From positions 80,352,001 to 80,416,000 of the forward strand of contig OZ320320.1 of assembly GCA_976226885.1 (NCBI GenBank): DNA of 64,000 bases. The letters run 5' to 3'. The notes below the pieces were generated by a model, which was not told the origin of the DNA, made no database searches, and was given only the letters and a program-made list of their open reading frames with translations. Below, piece by piece: positions 12,001 through 22,929 of the stretch. Within the stretch, counting starts at the first letter, position 1. Each line of letters begins with the position of its first letter. A program made the translations under genes and the position numbers. The DNA is from Iphione sp. A-MEVVRFRX5 (lineage: Eukaryota).

Positions 12001-13007
12001 TTTGCTAGCAGACGTTGGCTATTCCGAACACCCCACATTTCGGACAGAATTCATGACTCCCCCTGATGTCCACAAAAAAGGTAAAATTCCGCAATTTAGA
12101 GGTTCTACTGTATGCAAAGAAACATGACTTGTGACCCATTTAACATGCATACGTGGTCGGGACTGGAGACCAATGATCACTACATCACATGTTCCCTTAT
12201 TCCTAATCATACCTCACTTTCTGGAGGTTACTTTTGTATTAGTACATAGCTACACCACCGACAAAATAGTACTGCTTCTCCATTTTTTCCATTGCTTTGT
12301 CATACTATATCCATTACTGAAGAAAGAAACAAACCCTTGCTACCATTGAATCATTGTATTGCAGTGGGTGTCTGCTTTCCATTGAATTTTGTTGCTTCAA
12401 AACTGGGCCACTGTTTCTTTAGAAGCACAGTTATGGTAACAAGCAGGGGTCGACTTTCCTAACCTGTGAAATGTCCCCCATCCGGGATAATCAAGGGCAG
12501 CAAGACATTTTGCTCCAGACCTATTTAGACCTCTGCAATTTTGCCCTTTTATTTTTACCTTTTTATGTCTCATTGAAATCATTGGATCAAATTGAGATAG
12601 GTTGGTCTTTAATATGTGCTCTTCATTTGTCCTAATGATTTTCTGATAAATGCAAAAATTATGAAGTTGGTTCTACTTGAAACAATCATGTGTTTCCAGA
12701 TGTAAGTATAGTGAAATCACTGACTACAGACGCCCGGTGACTATGAACAACTGTGACTACGCATGCATTTACTACAGTCCCAAACAAAGACCTTATACAT
12801 CATGTTTGACACTGCCTAGCCACGACAGACACTCAACTACAGTGGACACCTGCATCTGGACACTCATTTTAGAGTACCAAACACTGATTGTACAACGGAC
12901 AGACACCCGGGAAGAGGAGGAGGGTATCCACAGGGTGTCAGGTGAGGAATGACCAGTCCTCCCTTACAGAACATTTTTATGGGTTATGTATGCTGCTTGT
13001 AGATGAG

Positions 13008-13008
<1 letters not shown>

Positions 13009-13066
<58 letters not shown>

Positions 13067-13075
13067 GAGAGAGAG
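13009..13075. repeat. (GATA)14 microsatellite followed by (GA)n
   Basis: Direct reading. Confidence 0.99.
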
Positions 13076-13522
13076 GAGCGAGGTGATATCAATTACTCAA
13101 ACTTAAAGGGAAATTGTAAGGTAGGGATCAAAATGATTAGGGAGTGAAAGGTCTAGATAACGTAAGGCATTTATAGGATGCCCGTCATTAGTTAACACAA
13201 ATTCTCACGGGACCTAGTGCGACAGGTCCCCGGTGCAGAGCTCAAGTGGGGACACCTGACACCTCCCCAGCCTTCCCTATCTCTCGCTCCCTACCCCATC
13301 TCTCATTCTCTCGTTTAGTTATCACAACTTTACCTCATCAGGCCGACTTACTGAGAAGGGACTCGAGATGTTAAATGTACCTGATGGGGTACCTATAGTA
13401 TGGTTGACACATTGCCTGACAGCGCCAGGGAGCAATGACGAAGTTTGAAACTAGGCACCTGATGTTTGAATGGTGTACAACCAACTATACTTGTTGGATA
13501 TACATTCCTTACGTGTACTTAC

Positions 13523-13621
13523 TTGTCTTAAAGCGTCTATCAATTGTTCTCTCGTAATTATGTCAGGTGAGGACATGTCGACCGTGGTCCTTCCATCTCC
13601 AGTTTGTGTTTTGGCCGCCAT
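13523..13621 (-). CDS. C2orf49: ashwin exon 1 (MAAKTQTGDGRTTVDMSSPDIITREQLIDALRQ); spliced product ~301 aa
   Basis: ATG in caaaATGg context, donor CAA|gtaagt, 99 nt, phase 0. All four exons join in frame. Confidence 0.85.
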
Positions 13622-14005
13622 TTTGATCGCTGTTCAGCAGTCATAGAGAAAGTCGAAGCTGATTGGACATAACTGCGACTACGTGACTTCCGGTCAAGAA
13701 GATGAGCTCGTTGGAAGTGAGAGTCATTTGGAAGTTTTCGGATAGAATACGGTGAAAAACCCATGAATTTACGCTAGTGTCAAGGAAAAGTTACCCAGGG
13801 ACTGACTCATATGAATTGGAGGAATTATTTCCAGTGTTATTCGTCGAATGACAGTCCTCACAGGAATAGAATTTCAAACTGATCCTGTAAAGATCGAAGT
13901 TAGTCAGTGGGCTGGTCGTTACAGGGCAACTAACTTATCTCTGCCTACCAGAAGTTACTTCATGTCTTCATACAAGGAAGAGGATTACAGACGCGGCTTT
14001 TATTG
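13614..14005. promoter_or_regulatory. bidirectional promoter between ashwin and VHL
   Basis: Divergent start codons ~385 bp apart. YY1-type GCCGCCATTTT at 13614-13624; ACGTGAC plus ETS-type ACTTCCGG at 13681-13693. Confidence 0.65.
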
Positions 14006-14011
14006 ATGAAC

Positions 14012-14357
14012 ATGGCTGCAAATGATCATGAGTCAATTGAGCACGGTCATAAAAAGATAAAATCAAAGGAAGCCATGGTGCATTCTTATCTCATCTTCGT
14101 CAACCGGACAACTCGCGATGTTGACGTTGTGTGGTTGAATTATGAAGGGATTGGTGTCAAGTATATCACACTAAAACCCAGGCAACTTATTCATATAAAT
14201 ACCTTCGTGGGTCACCCGTGGATATTCAGAGATAGTGAGACGGGCGAGAAGATGGTGGTTCAGCTGAAGGAAGTGTTTGAACCCCCGCAAACTGTCGGCC
14301 CAAGTGACAGACAGCAGGCGCAGCCCCAGAGAAAAGTCGTCTCGATCACGATCCCAT
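14012..14357 (+). CDS. VHL: von Hippel-Lindau protein exon 1 (beta domain)
   Basis: LIFVNRT..V.VVWLNYEG..VKY.TL....INTFVGHPWIFRD. Residues equivalent to the hydroxyproline pocket W88/Y98/S111(T)/H115/W117 are present. Donor CCAT|gtaaac, phase 1. Confidence 0.92.
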
Positions 14358-14675
14358 GTAAACATCTGTTTAGATCGGCGATTAAATAACTTTTCTATAA
14401 AAGGCTTGTCGGTGATTCACGTAACGAACATTTTTAGATTGTTTCAAATGTTATGAACAGTACATAAATAATATGCAGGTATACCTCTCTCAACGAAGCC
14501 TCTGGGAATGAAGCTTTGTAATAACAGTTAGTTACCGGTACAGACTTTAATCTTACGCTACATTATACTAAGCTGCTTTTGGAAAACAGTGAGAGCAAGG
14601 GGGACCTGAGTAACTCAACAAGAAAAATGGTATTTAGATATAATATATTGTAAAATATATAAATATATATATATA

Positions 14676-15092
14676 CAGGAGAATCTTACTATGCAACCTC
14701 ATCACTTTGTGACCAAACTGATCATTCCGACCATTTTGGGTCGAAACGGAATTAATTTCAGTAAATTTTCTACATGATAGTATCTTACTTTTATGACCAT
14801 ATTGCTTTGCGACCATATTCACCCTCTGACCACTCATCCTAGGGTCGTTTTCTGTTTATTTTAATATTGCTTTGCGACCAACTGCCGATGTCTCTGATGT
14901 ACCCACACCTTGGAGAGGGTCTGCTTGGACAGTCGCGGGCATCAACTGCAACCCCTCTGATGTTCTCTCACCTTGGAGAGGGTCTGTGTGGATGGTACGG
15001 GGGGGGGGTCAAATAATTGCTTTGTGACCATATTCACTATTACGACCGTTTGGGGCCGACCCGACTGGTGGTCGCAAAGTAAGATTCTCCTG
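14676..15092. mobile_element. MITE, 417 bp, 23-bp TIRs, TA target duplication (Tc1/mariner-like), in VHL intron 1
   Basis: CAGGAGAATCTTACTATGCAACC ... GGTCGCAAAGTAAGATTCTCCTG (2 mismatches), TA on both flanks, internal repeated TTGCTTTGCGACCATATT motifs. Confidence 0.88.
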
Positions 15093-15511
15093 TAAGTATG
15101 TTAAAATAGTATACCGGCCTCTGTGATAACGAGGTTTCCCACAATGTGTCATCTTCATTCAAGTGTGTACCTGTAGTAAACTGAACATTCTCATTGAAAA
15201 CCTTTCCCATACAAGCAGGGTTATATGCGCATTATGAAAGCGGCATTTGCTTTGCATGTTTCAAGTGTCCTAAACTTTACTCGTATATTCTCATACGTTG
15301 GTAATGAGCTTAATATAAGCCAGCATTTTGGTTGATACGAACCATCATGATGGTCAGATGGGTATGGGAGAGAGAGAGAGAGAAGTAACAGACACTTATT
15401 GTGACTGGCTAAATGTGTACACCGACAACTTTGCCACCCGTCTCTTTTTTCCTGTGAGCATTGTCCCCAATGCACTTTGTAAAACCCTAGAAATTTGTTG
15501 GCTTACGTAGT

Positions 15512-15721
15512 CAGGGTTCGATGTTAGCACTCATTCAATGATTGTCCAGTTGTTTTGAGTGTAGGGTCGGATCTTTTGGCACCAGCTGTAATAATTTGCC
15601 CCATGTGGTCAAAATATTTTGTATTTATAAAAGGTCTGGAGTATAAAAAGCTATTGGCTAAACGGTGCCATGATTTTTTTTTACCCCAGTTAATTTTGCA
15701 AGAAGTTAAGTTAGAACCCTG
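15512..15721. mobile_element. possible hAT-like MITE
   Basis: CAGGGTTC..GAACCCTG ends plus subterminal GGCACC/GGTGCC. The flanks do not give a clean 8-bp TSD. Confidence 0.35.
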
Positions 15722-16270
15722 CATGTACCATATGGGGCTTATATTGACCAATGGTATGTATCGATCATAAATATATCGATCAAAAATCATAACTAAAATT
15801 CCGTTCATACCAAACTGAGTATAAGTCAATGTATTTTCAATGTAAACTGTCTCCTTGGTACCCTAAATATAGTGACCATGGGCTTAGGCTACTGTATTTT
15901 TTAACTGGCCGCATTACCAATGTTTCCACAAGATCATAGGGACAAATGGACTGTTCTGAGCAAATTCAGCTCTATTTGGCCCCTGACCGCCTGCTTTTGC
16001 TGACCACAGTGTGAGGTTTCACTGTATAAGGAAACAGTACAGTTTCACCTCTTTAAAAACTTAATTTACAGAGGCATATTTTTAATGAAAGCCCTTGCTT
16101 GATGTATGAGGTATTAGACTGTATACTGTAAATGGTTAACTTTATTATAAAAACAGCCTTCAGTCTCAGCAGAATCGTTCCAAGAGGAATACCTGTAACG
16201 AACAATGTTTTTAACGTTGCTTGGCATAAGTGTGTACAGTGTTTCCTTCTTTTCCTACTGATATTTACAG

Positions 16271-16390
16271 TATACCGTTTGGAAGAGCGATGCTTACAAG
16301 AAATTCGGAAGCTAGTGCATCGTAACGATGTGCCACGGTTGGAGATTCCTTCATCACTTATAAGGAGGCTATTAGATGCAGGACACAAAG
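16271..16390 (+). CDS. VHL: VHL exon 2 (BC-box/alpha domain, LYRLEERCLQEIRKLV..VPRLEIPSSL)
   Basis: Acceptor atatttacag|, phase compatible with exon 1. Resembles human VYTLKERCLQVVRSL. Donor AAAG|gtaata. Confidence 0.9.
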
Positions 16391-16839
16391 GTAATATTCA
16401 AAAGATTCGTTTCAGTACGTCTCAGTATGATCAAATATGAACAGTCGTTAGTTACTTTTTAAATAAATGTTTTGGTAATTGTTGTTAGCTCCAAGAGGGC
16501 AGATTCCCATACTTGCGTTTATGTGTTTGTGTGCGTATCCATCATAAACATTAATGACGTATGGAAACATACGGGGGTGCCTTTTACCTTGCACGAATGT
16601 ATTGTGTTTTATGAAGCCTCGTCCTCCTCTCGTTGGAAAGGAAAACTTAAAATTCCGTGGGTTATTTTGTGCAAATGTGTGCCACCTGACATCGAATGTG
16701 CTTCAAGCCCGTACGACCTACACTGCACAGTGTACATCATATTTTTCCAGAAGGTTAAGTAGAAGTGGATGGGTAGTTTGTGCGCAGTCAAGGATGAACT
16801 AATCAGGAAGACCTCCTCAAATCCGTTTCTCTTTTTCAG

Positions 16840-16856
16840 GCCAAGTCGGACTGTAA
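16840..16856 (+). CDS. VHL: probable VHL terminal exon (GQVGL*); protein ~160 aa. Alternative: read-through of exon 2 to TGA at 16440
   Basis: Strong acceptor ccgtttctctttttcag|, phase 1 compatible. Confidence 0.5.
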
Positions 16857-19194
16857 TGTGTGTAGCAGTATCCTCGGAGGGACCCCCCAGGGGTCTCCGT
16901 TCCAAAAGAAGTCCATGGATTATGACCTGGATCAGGGACGAAATGTGGATAAACTATCCCAGTGATGTACAAACATGTAATGGAGACAAACATATGCACA
17001 TACGAAACTTATCGTGGAACTCTGAGGTAGCTTCTCGGCATTTGTATTCAAGAAAGAAACAAAAAGGAGATTCAGTTCGATACAGGAAGAGATCTGCGAT
17101 GGTAGTTAAATGATGACGGGTTTAGTTCATTCGTCTTCCTTGGTTTTTCGGTATTTTGCAGAATAACACTAACCAGCTGCCATCACTTCTCTCGGTAGAG
17201 GCTTTTCTCTCTCGTTTTTCTTTTTTTTTTAACCAGACCTCTTTACCTTTTACGGACTGATGAACTACTTACGATTACTGTCATAAGGCAGTATTTCTGT
17301 TTCAGGGTGGACAGTTTATACCATAGTCGTACGTGCAACGATTAATTCTTTACTGTTCGTTCTGTAATTTTGCCCAAAATAATTGTGTTCGTGTAAAGAA
17401 TTTAGGGTCCAATTCAGTGGCAACACAGGCCTGAAAAACATCGTCTTACTGTCTACTTGATCATCTGGCCTTGAAGAAGTCTTTTTTCTGACATTAAAAT
17501 TGCGTAACCAATTGTGTTCATAATACAAGTCAGGAAAGGTATTTCATCGGAGCACACAGGGCACCTCTGACAGTTAAATGTAGTGTAAATATGCATATAT
17601 TGCGAACCCTCAACAGGATCCCTGGAAAACTGTGTCCGAGTTAATACGAAATTTACTTTCGTGTGTAAATAGTTTAATCTACCTGTACAGAATTTTATTA
17701 TATGAACCCAAGACAACAACTTCGGTGGAATTCGGAAAGATTAAGAGTAATTACTGTGTTTACATTCGAATTTAGAAGAGTATACTCCGTAGATCAATAG
17801 GACAAAATCTATTAGCAGTCTGATCTCCTTAATCTTTGTATCTAGAAAGGGTCAGCGGCCACAGTTATTAACCTTACAGAGACGATTGAAGGGCCAGTAA
17901 TACATACCCCTCGTCGGACATGATTAATTTGTGTATCTCGCCAACACGGCCTGTTACTGACAACATACGACTGCTGCGTTTGTTCATTGAGAAATTAAAA
18001 CATCTAGAATCTTGTTTTTTTCTTTTACTGAATATGAAGGTTGGCAATAGACGAGGGGCACGACATGTACAAATATGGAAACGCACAGAGAGAGTGAGAA
18101 GGTTAGAGGGACACTGCAGAGAGCTTTTAGGAGCCTGAAATTTGAACCACAATAATAGATTTCTGTACATCAAAGATACAAAACGTTGAATTCCTTAAGA
18201 TATAAAAGACATTTATAGGGAGAAAATTAATATATTTTGATATAGTGATTCAGTACTTAGATTGTTCAGCACTTCAGAAAAAAAATCTTTCAGCCATACA
18301 GGAAGTGTTGCAGTCCATTCACGTTAGCTGATATATGTATTTTCTTTCGTCATATCCATAATGCCACCTCATAACCCATTGTGTATATGGTCATTCATCT
18401 CTGGGGAGACTGTCATTCTTGCGTATTATGATTTGCACACTATTTAGATGAACAATAAAGACTGAATGTCAAATCCGCGTTCATGTTTCCGTCATGGTAG
18501 CTGGGCTGAATGTGTGTGTGTAGAGGCCTATCAACAGGTCCCCAAAGAAAATATAGTTTTTATTTACTTTTTAAATTCACTTTAGCGTATTTCCATATGG
18601 ACTTACATTTTCCTATTTTTGAATACTTAACTACCAACAGAGACTTCCTTGGCTGCACAACTCCCTATCAATAGTCACTCTCCATCGCAGCTGATGGATG
18701 TCTACCCCATGGCATAGTGTAGGTCCAAGTGACAGAACCAAAAGATTGTCAAATACTTTTGCTCATTATCCTTGTCGTTGAGTTCCGGCCTATTGGTTTG
18801 CTTTCAACACCATGAATGTTGCATCCCTCCAATATTCTACGGGTTAGGACGGGCCAGAAATATATGCACCTGTAAATATAAAGGCTTATTTCCAAGTCCT
18901 GTTTCTGACTGAACCTAGTTAAGCATGTAGACAACATGTACGTTAAAAGCAAATTTTAGATTGGCTACTATACACCTGTCTCACGAAACGAATGACGAAC
19001 CAGCCAGTCCTTGTTAAAGTCTACGATAAGAAGTGTCCGGTAACTCGAGTCTAAACCTGAAGTCACAGTAGAGTACCTCAGCGGTTGTAACGAATGGTGG
19101 TTGGCCCAGGTGCCTGGTCCCGTTTCTCTGTCCGGTTGAGAGAGCTACTCTAAAATGTTATAGCCTCGCCCAGCACCAAAGTCTGACTGCATGT

Positions 19195-19362
19195 TGTTGT
19201 AGACGTCCAGACAGGCCTAGAATGTGTATAAGGAAGCACAGACAGTCAGGGGGCCTTCCAGGAATGGATAATAAAGTTGTCGATAGAATCGAGGTTTAGA
19301 AACATGTGTTGTCTCTACCCTGTCTTGACAAACTAGCTGATATTCTAACAAATATTGCAACA
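19195..19362 (+). repeat. Gypsy 5' LTR (168 bp)
   Basis: TGTTGTAG...TTGCAACA, with AATAAA inside. Confidence 0.95.
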
Positions 19363-19376
19363 TGGTGTCAGAAGTG
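19363..19376 (+). promoter_or_regulatory. primer-binding site TGGTGTCAGAAGTG, complementary to a tRNA-Leu(CAA)-type 3' end
   Basis: Immediately follows the 5' LTR. It matches the reverse complement of ...CACTTCTGACACCA (recalled tRNA-Leu 3' end). Confidence 0.8.
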
Positions 19377-20312
19377 AAGATCCTCCTAGCCCAACAGTGA
19401 CTGTAGAGCCTCCAAAAGCCAACTTTTAATGGGGAAACTGTAGGTTTGGTGAGGAGAGACAAGCTTCAAACTGTGAGTAGAGAAGTACATATTTGTGAAA
19501 GTGAAACTAATCTATAGGCCTATACTGAAAAGCAGTGACATTTATGAACATTGTTAGTGCCTAATGATACATAATGGCTGCAAACAGTGTAAACCACCTG
19601 AAACTCTGAAGATAGAAAGGGGGAATCCATCACATTCTTGGACTCTGTGGAGGAGGAAAGTTCAAATCTACCTCAGGGCTACAGGCTCAAGTACAGAACC
19701 TGATGAAAAGAGAGTGGGGCTCCTCCTCAATCATATCGGAGATGAGGCGTTAGACATCTATGACAGTTTCACATTTTTGCCAGAATGACCAAATCCTATC
19801 GCTGGACAGGCTGCTTTACCTGCCGAAAATCCAAACCACTATGACACAGTGGTAACAAAATTCACTGATTATTTCGGGAAACGGGATCCAGAACTCATGT
19901 TACGGGAAAATTTTGGTTTCACCTGAAGAGAGAGCTGTCACAGACGCTAGAGTCGTGGGTACTTTCGGTCAAGAAGCTAGTCGCGGAATGCAAATTCCCA
20001 GAGCCGTACTTGGAGCAAGCCATAAGGGACAAGCTGACTTTCGCATGCACTGATGAAACAGCCAAGTCAAAACTGTATGATGTTGGTGCAGGGTTGACAT
20101 TGGATCAGGCGTTCTAATACGACTAACCGTGACAACTGTATTCCCATAGTGTCCCAAAAGGCTTCTTAAACGTACGACAAATCCCTAGGGAAAAATCTGT
20201 CCCAAAATAAGAGACAATGGCTATTATTGGTCCGAGCGAGCAAGGCGGAACCGGAAATAGAATTATTCAATTTTTTGGGCGGGCAAGTTACCATAGAGAC
20301 CAGACAACATCG

Positions 20313-20670
20313 ATGATGGCGACTAGAGGTAGAATCTGCCGTTTTGGAGGGCGCGACGTAGTTATCGAGGAGGCGTTCACCCCGCCTGGCAAAAAGATCA
20401 AGCTCTACAACGTACGAGATCTGAAGAGTGGCGAAAGGGATGCTGCGCGGGGCGATGAACTGACTTTCAAGGAGGAGGCATCGTTCGACGTTGGTTTGGA
20501 TATCTCATCTGAAGATGAAGATGCCCAAGATGCGGATGACTTCACAGCAGAGAGTTTGGCAAAGAATCGATTTTACATGCCAGAGCAAGGTGAAATCGAT
20601 CAGATGAAGCCGAAGGTCAGTCGCAAGAGTACGCTGGATCAAACCAAATGGGCTGTCAAAATTTTGTGCG
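20313..20670 (+). CDS. Crypton YR exon 1 (an upstream in-frame ATG at 20217 is also possible)
   Basis: Ends ...RKSTLDQTKWAVKILC G|gtaagt. The 112-bp intron (20671-20782) joins to give TKWAVKILCDW. Confidence 0.75.
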
Positions 20671-20782
20671 GTAAGTGTCATGGCGGAGGGCGGGGAGGGC
20701 GGGTAGGGCGGGGGTGCTTACATTCATCGATTTCATTGAATCCGACAATAGTTCTAAATGTTTAAAAATGTTGATTTTTCAG

Positions 20783-21980
20783 ACTGGCTGTGCAGCGTAG
20801 GAAAGCCGTTGGAGTTTGAACATCTCCCGGAATCCCAACTGGCTTTGTTATTGGAAGGGTTTTACACTGCCGTGCAGACCAAAAGCCGCCAGATGTATTC
20901 TAAAAGCGCATACAAGAATATACGTTGTGGTATACAGCGACATCTCCAGGCCCCACCGTACTGCAGAAATATAAACATCATGCAAGACACGGGATTCCGC
21001 CAGGCGAATCTAGCGTACACAGGTTATATGGCGAAGATCAGGTCTGCGGGGAAGGACAAAAGCTGCCATAAACCCCTCATCGAGCCGGAGGATGTCAATC
21101 TTCTGCACGAGCGCATATTCACTGATACGCCCACTGGTCTCCAGAGAAAAGTGTTCTTCGATATTCTGCTGCACTTTGGTCGACGTGGGCGGGAGGGGTT
21201 ACGTGAACTCACCAAAGATTCGTTTGTGATCAACAAGGATGCCTCTGGGGCGGAATATGTATCAATGGGCTACAACGAGGCAGAGAAAACCCGCAGTGGA
21301 CTTAACATGATGAAGAAGACGTAGAAAAAACAATGTATTCCTTACCGCAGGATGAGAAGCGTTGCCCGGTCATTTCTCTGAAGAGATACCTTTCACTGCT
21401 CAATCCAAAATGTTTGGCTTTTTTCCAACGCCCAAAAAAGCACTATGACAGTCGTGCCACAGTCTGGTACGACAATATGCCAGTGGGCGTGAATACACTG
21501 TACAATTTAATGTCCACGATGTCGAAGGAAGGAGGCTTGTCGAGAATCTACACAAACCACTGCATTCGCCGGACAACTGTCACGACCCTCGACCAGGCCG
21601 GATACGCCGCAGACAAAATCCAGAGCGTCACCGGACACAAATCAGCTGATTCACTCAAGGCGTACAGGGGCGCTCCTAACAAGGCAGTGAAACGTGGCAT
21701 GTCCAACATTCTCACATCATATGGGAAAGAAAATGCGGTACATCCAGAGGGAACCGGCCAAAAAGATGAGAACAAAAGCTGCGTAGTATCCACGGGACGC
21801 GGGGGCTTGGGTATCCCTGGTCCGAGTACGGATACGCCTGCGACAATGACGCAGTCGGAGATGATGGCGCTTGTGGCAAACTCGACAGTGGCAGTGGGGA
21901 AGGACCAGGTCCTGCACGCCTTGTTCTCTGGAAATACCTCCGTCAATAATTGCACCTTTAATATCCATTATGGGAAGTAA
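20783..21980 (+). pseudogene. Crypton YR exon 2 with a single 1-nt frameshift at ~21305
   Basis: Catalytic R (HFGRRGRE), H-x-x-R (NHCIRRT), H (TGH) and Y (SLKAY) are all present. The frame changes between ..SGL and HDEEDVEKTMYSLP. Confidence 0.85.
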
Positions 21981-22360
21981 AACTCTTCTTACAATGTGAA
22001 AGCCGAACGGCCTCCTTGTCAACACGTGCGGGATACCCCAAACCGGAAGTATGAACTAACGCGAGATGTGTGAAAAAACGACTTTTTTGGAAATATTATT
22101 TTGACATGAACGTTGGATTTGACATTTTTCGAGTGGATAAGTACATTATTTGAAGTGTTTAACTGTTTGCAAGTTAAAATTTACAGTTGAGTATGAGTCT
22201 AAACGGAAAGCCAATGGAAATGTGCGATACATTATTTTGACAATAAAGAATCCAAGATGGCGTCTATGTTCAAGTATGTCTCCGATTCGATTTCTTGTTC
22301 AAGGTTTATTGCGTATTTAGTAAATATTACCATGCATTTTTAATGAAAAAGGCGTTTCAG

Positions 22361-22486
22361 AACCGCGATTAACGATTTTGTGTCGTGAAAGGTCGACAGT
22401 TTAAGCCGCTCAACCCTCGACCTGCGGTCTCGGGTTTCGCGGATTAAACTGTCTGACCTTTCACTCCACGCCATCGCTAATCGCGT
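22361..22486. repeat. Crypton 3' terminal imperfect palindrome (hairpin)
   Basis: CGCGATTAACGAT/ATCGCTAATCGCG, GTGAAAGGTCGACAGTTTAAGCCGC/GCGGATTAAACTGTCTGACCTTTCAC, apex CCCTCGACC-TGC-GGTCTCGGG. Confidence 0.9.
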
Positions 22487-22929
22487 AGATCATGATTTTG
22501 TTCCAAAAAGAGATGACCAGGTATGAGCTACAAGAGTCTAAGAGTGCACATATCAATGTAGTCCGCAGCAAGGCTAAGAAGAAGAGTAGTTCTAGTGCTT
22601 CAACCCAGAAAAAGGGAAAGACCAGTAAGTAGGGTAATAAGAAGTTATGTGGATACTGTGGAGAAGACCACCCTAAAGGGAAGAAAAATTATCCTGCAGC
22701 AAGGCACATATGCAAAAAATGCAAAATCAAGGGGCATTACACAAAGGTGTGTCGCACTTCTTCAGCCTGAATCGCTCAAATCGTTGAGGGGGAACCGGAT
22801 GATGACTCCAAAGATGGAGGATCAAGCATGTTTATCGGCAGTGTCACAAGCCATATATATGAAACATCATCGAAATCCACTTCACATGACAAATCAATGA
22901 CCTTGAATGTAGGCTGGTACATTAAACTG

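Larger units (their letters stand above)
20113..22486 (+). mobile_element. Crypton (DUF3504/CryptonA-like tyrosine-recombinase DNA transposon), ~2.37 kb
   Basis: GCGT direct repeat at both junctions (20109-20112 and 22483-22486), gag resumes across it, intron-containing YR gene, long 3' terminal palindrome. Confidence 0.85.
19585..22800 (+). pseudogene. Gypsy gag, disrupted by stops and frameshifts and split by the Crypton at 20112/22487
   Basis: W..WRRK..IYL.A, LLLNHIGDEALDIY, and zinc knuckles C..C...H and C..C...GH....C in the 22640-22760 part. Confidence 0.8.

Noticed and set aside
13209-13232. GGGACCT-AGTGCGAC-AGGTCCC hairpin considered as an HDV-like ribozyme P1
   Set aside because: The 8-nt loop leaves no room for P2/P3/L3; it is a simple hairpin.
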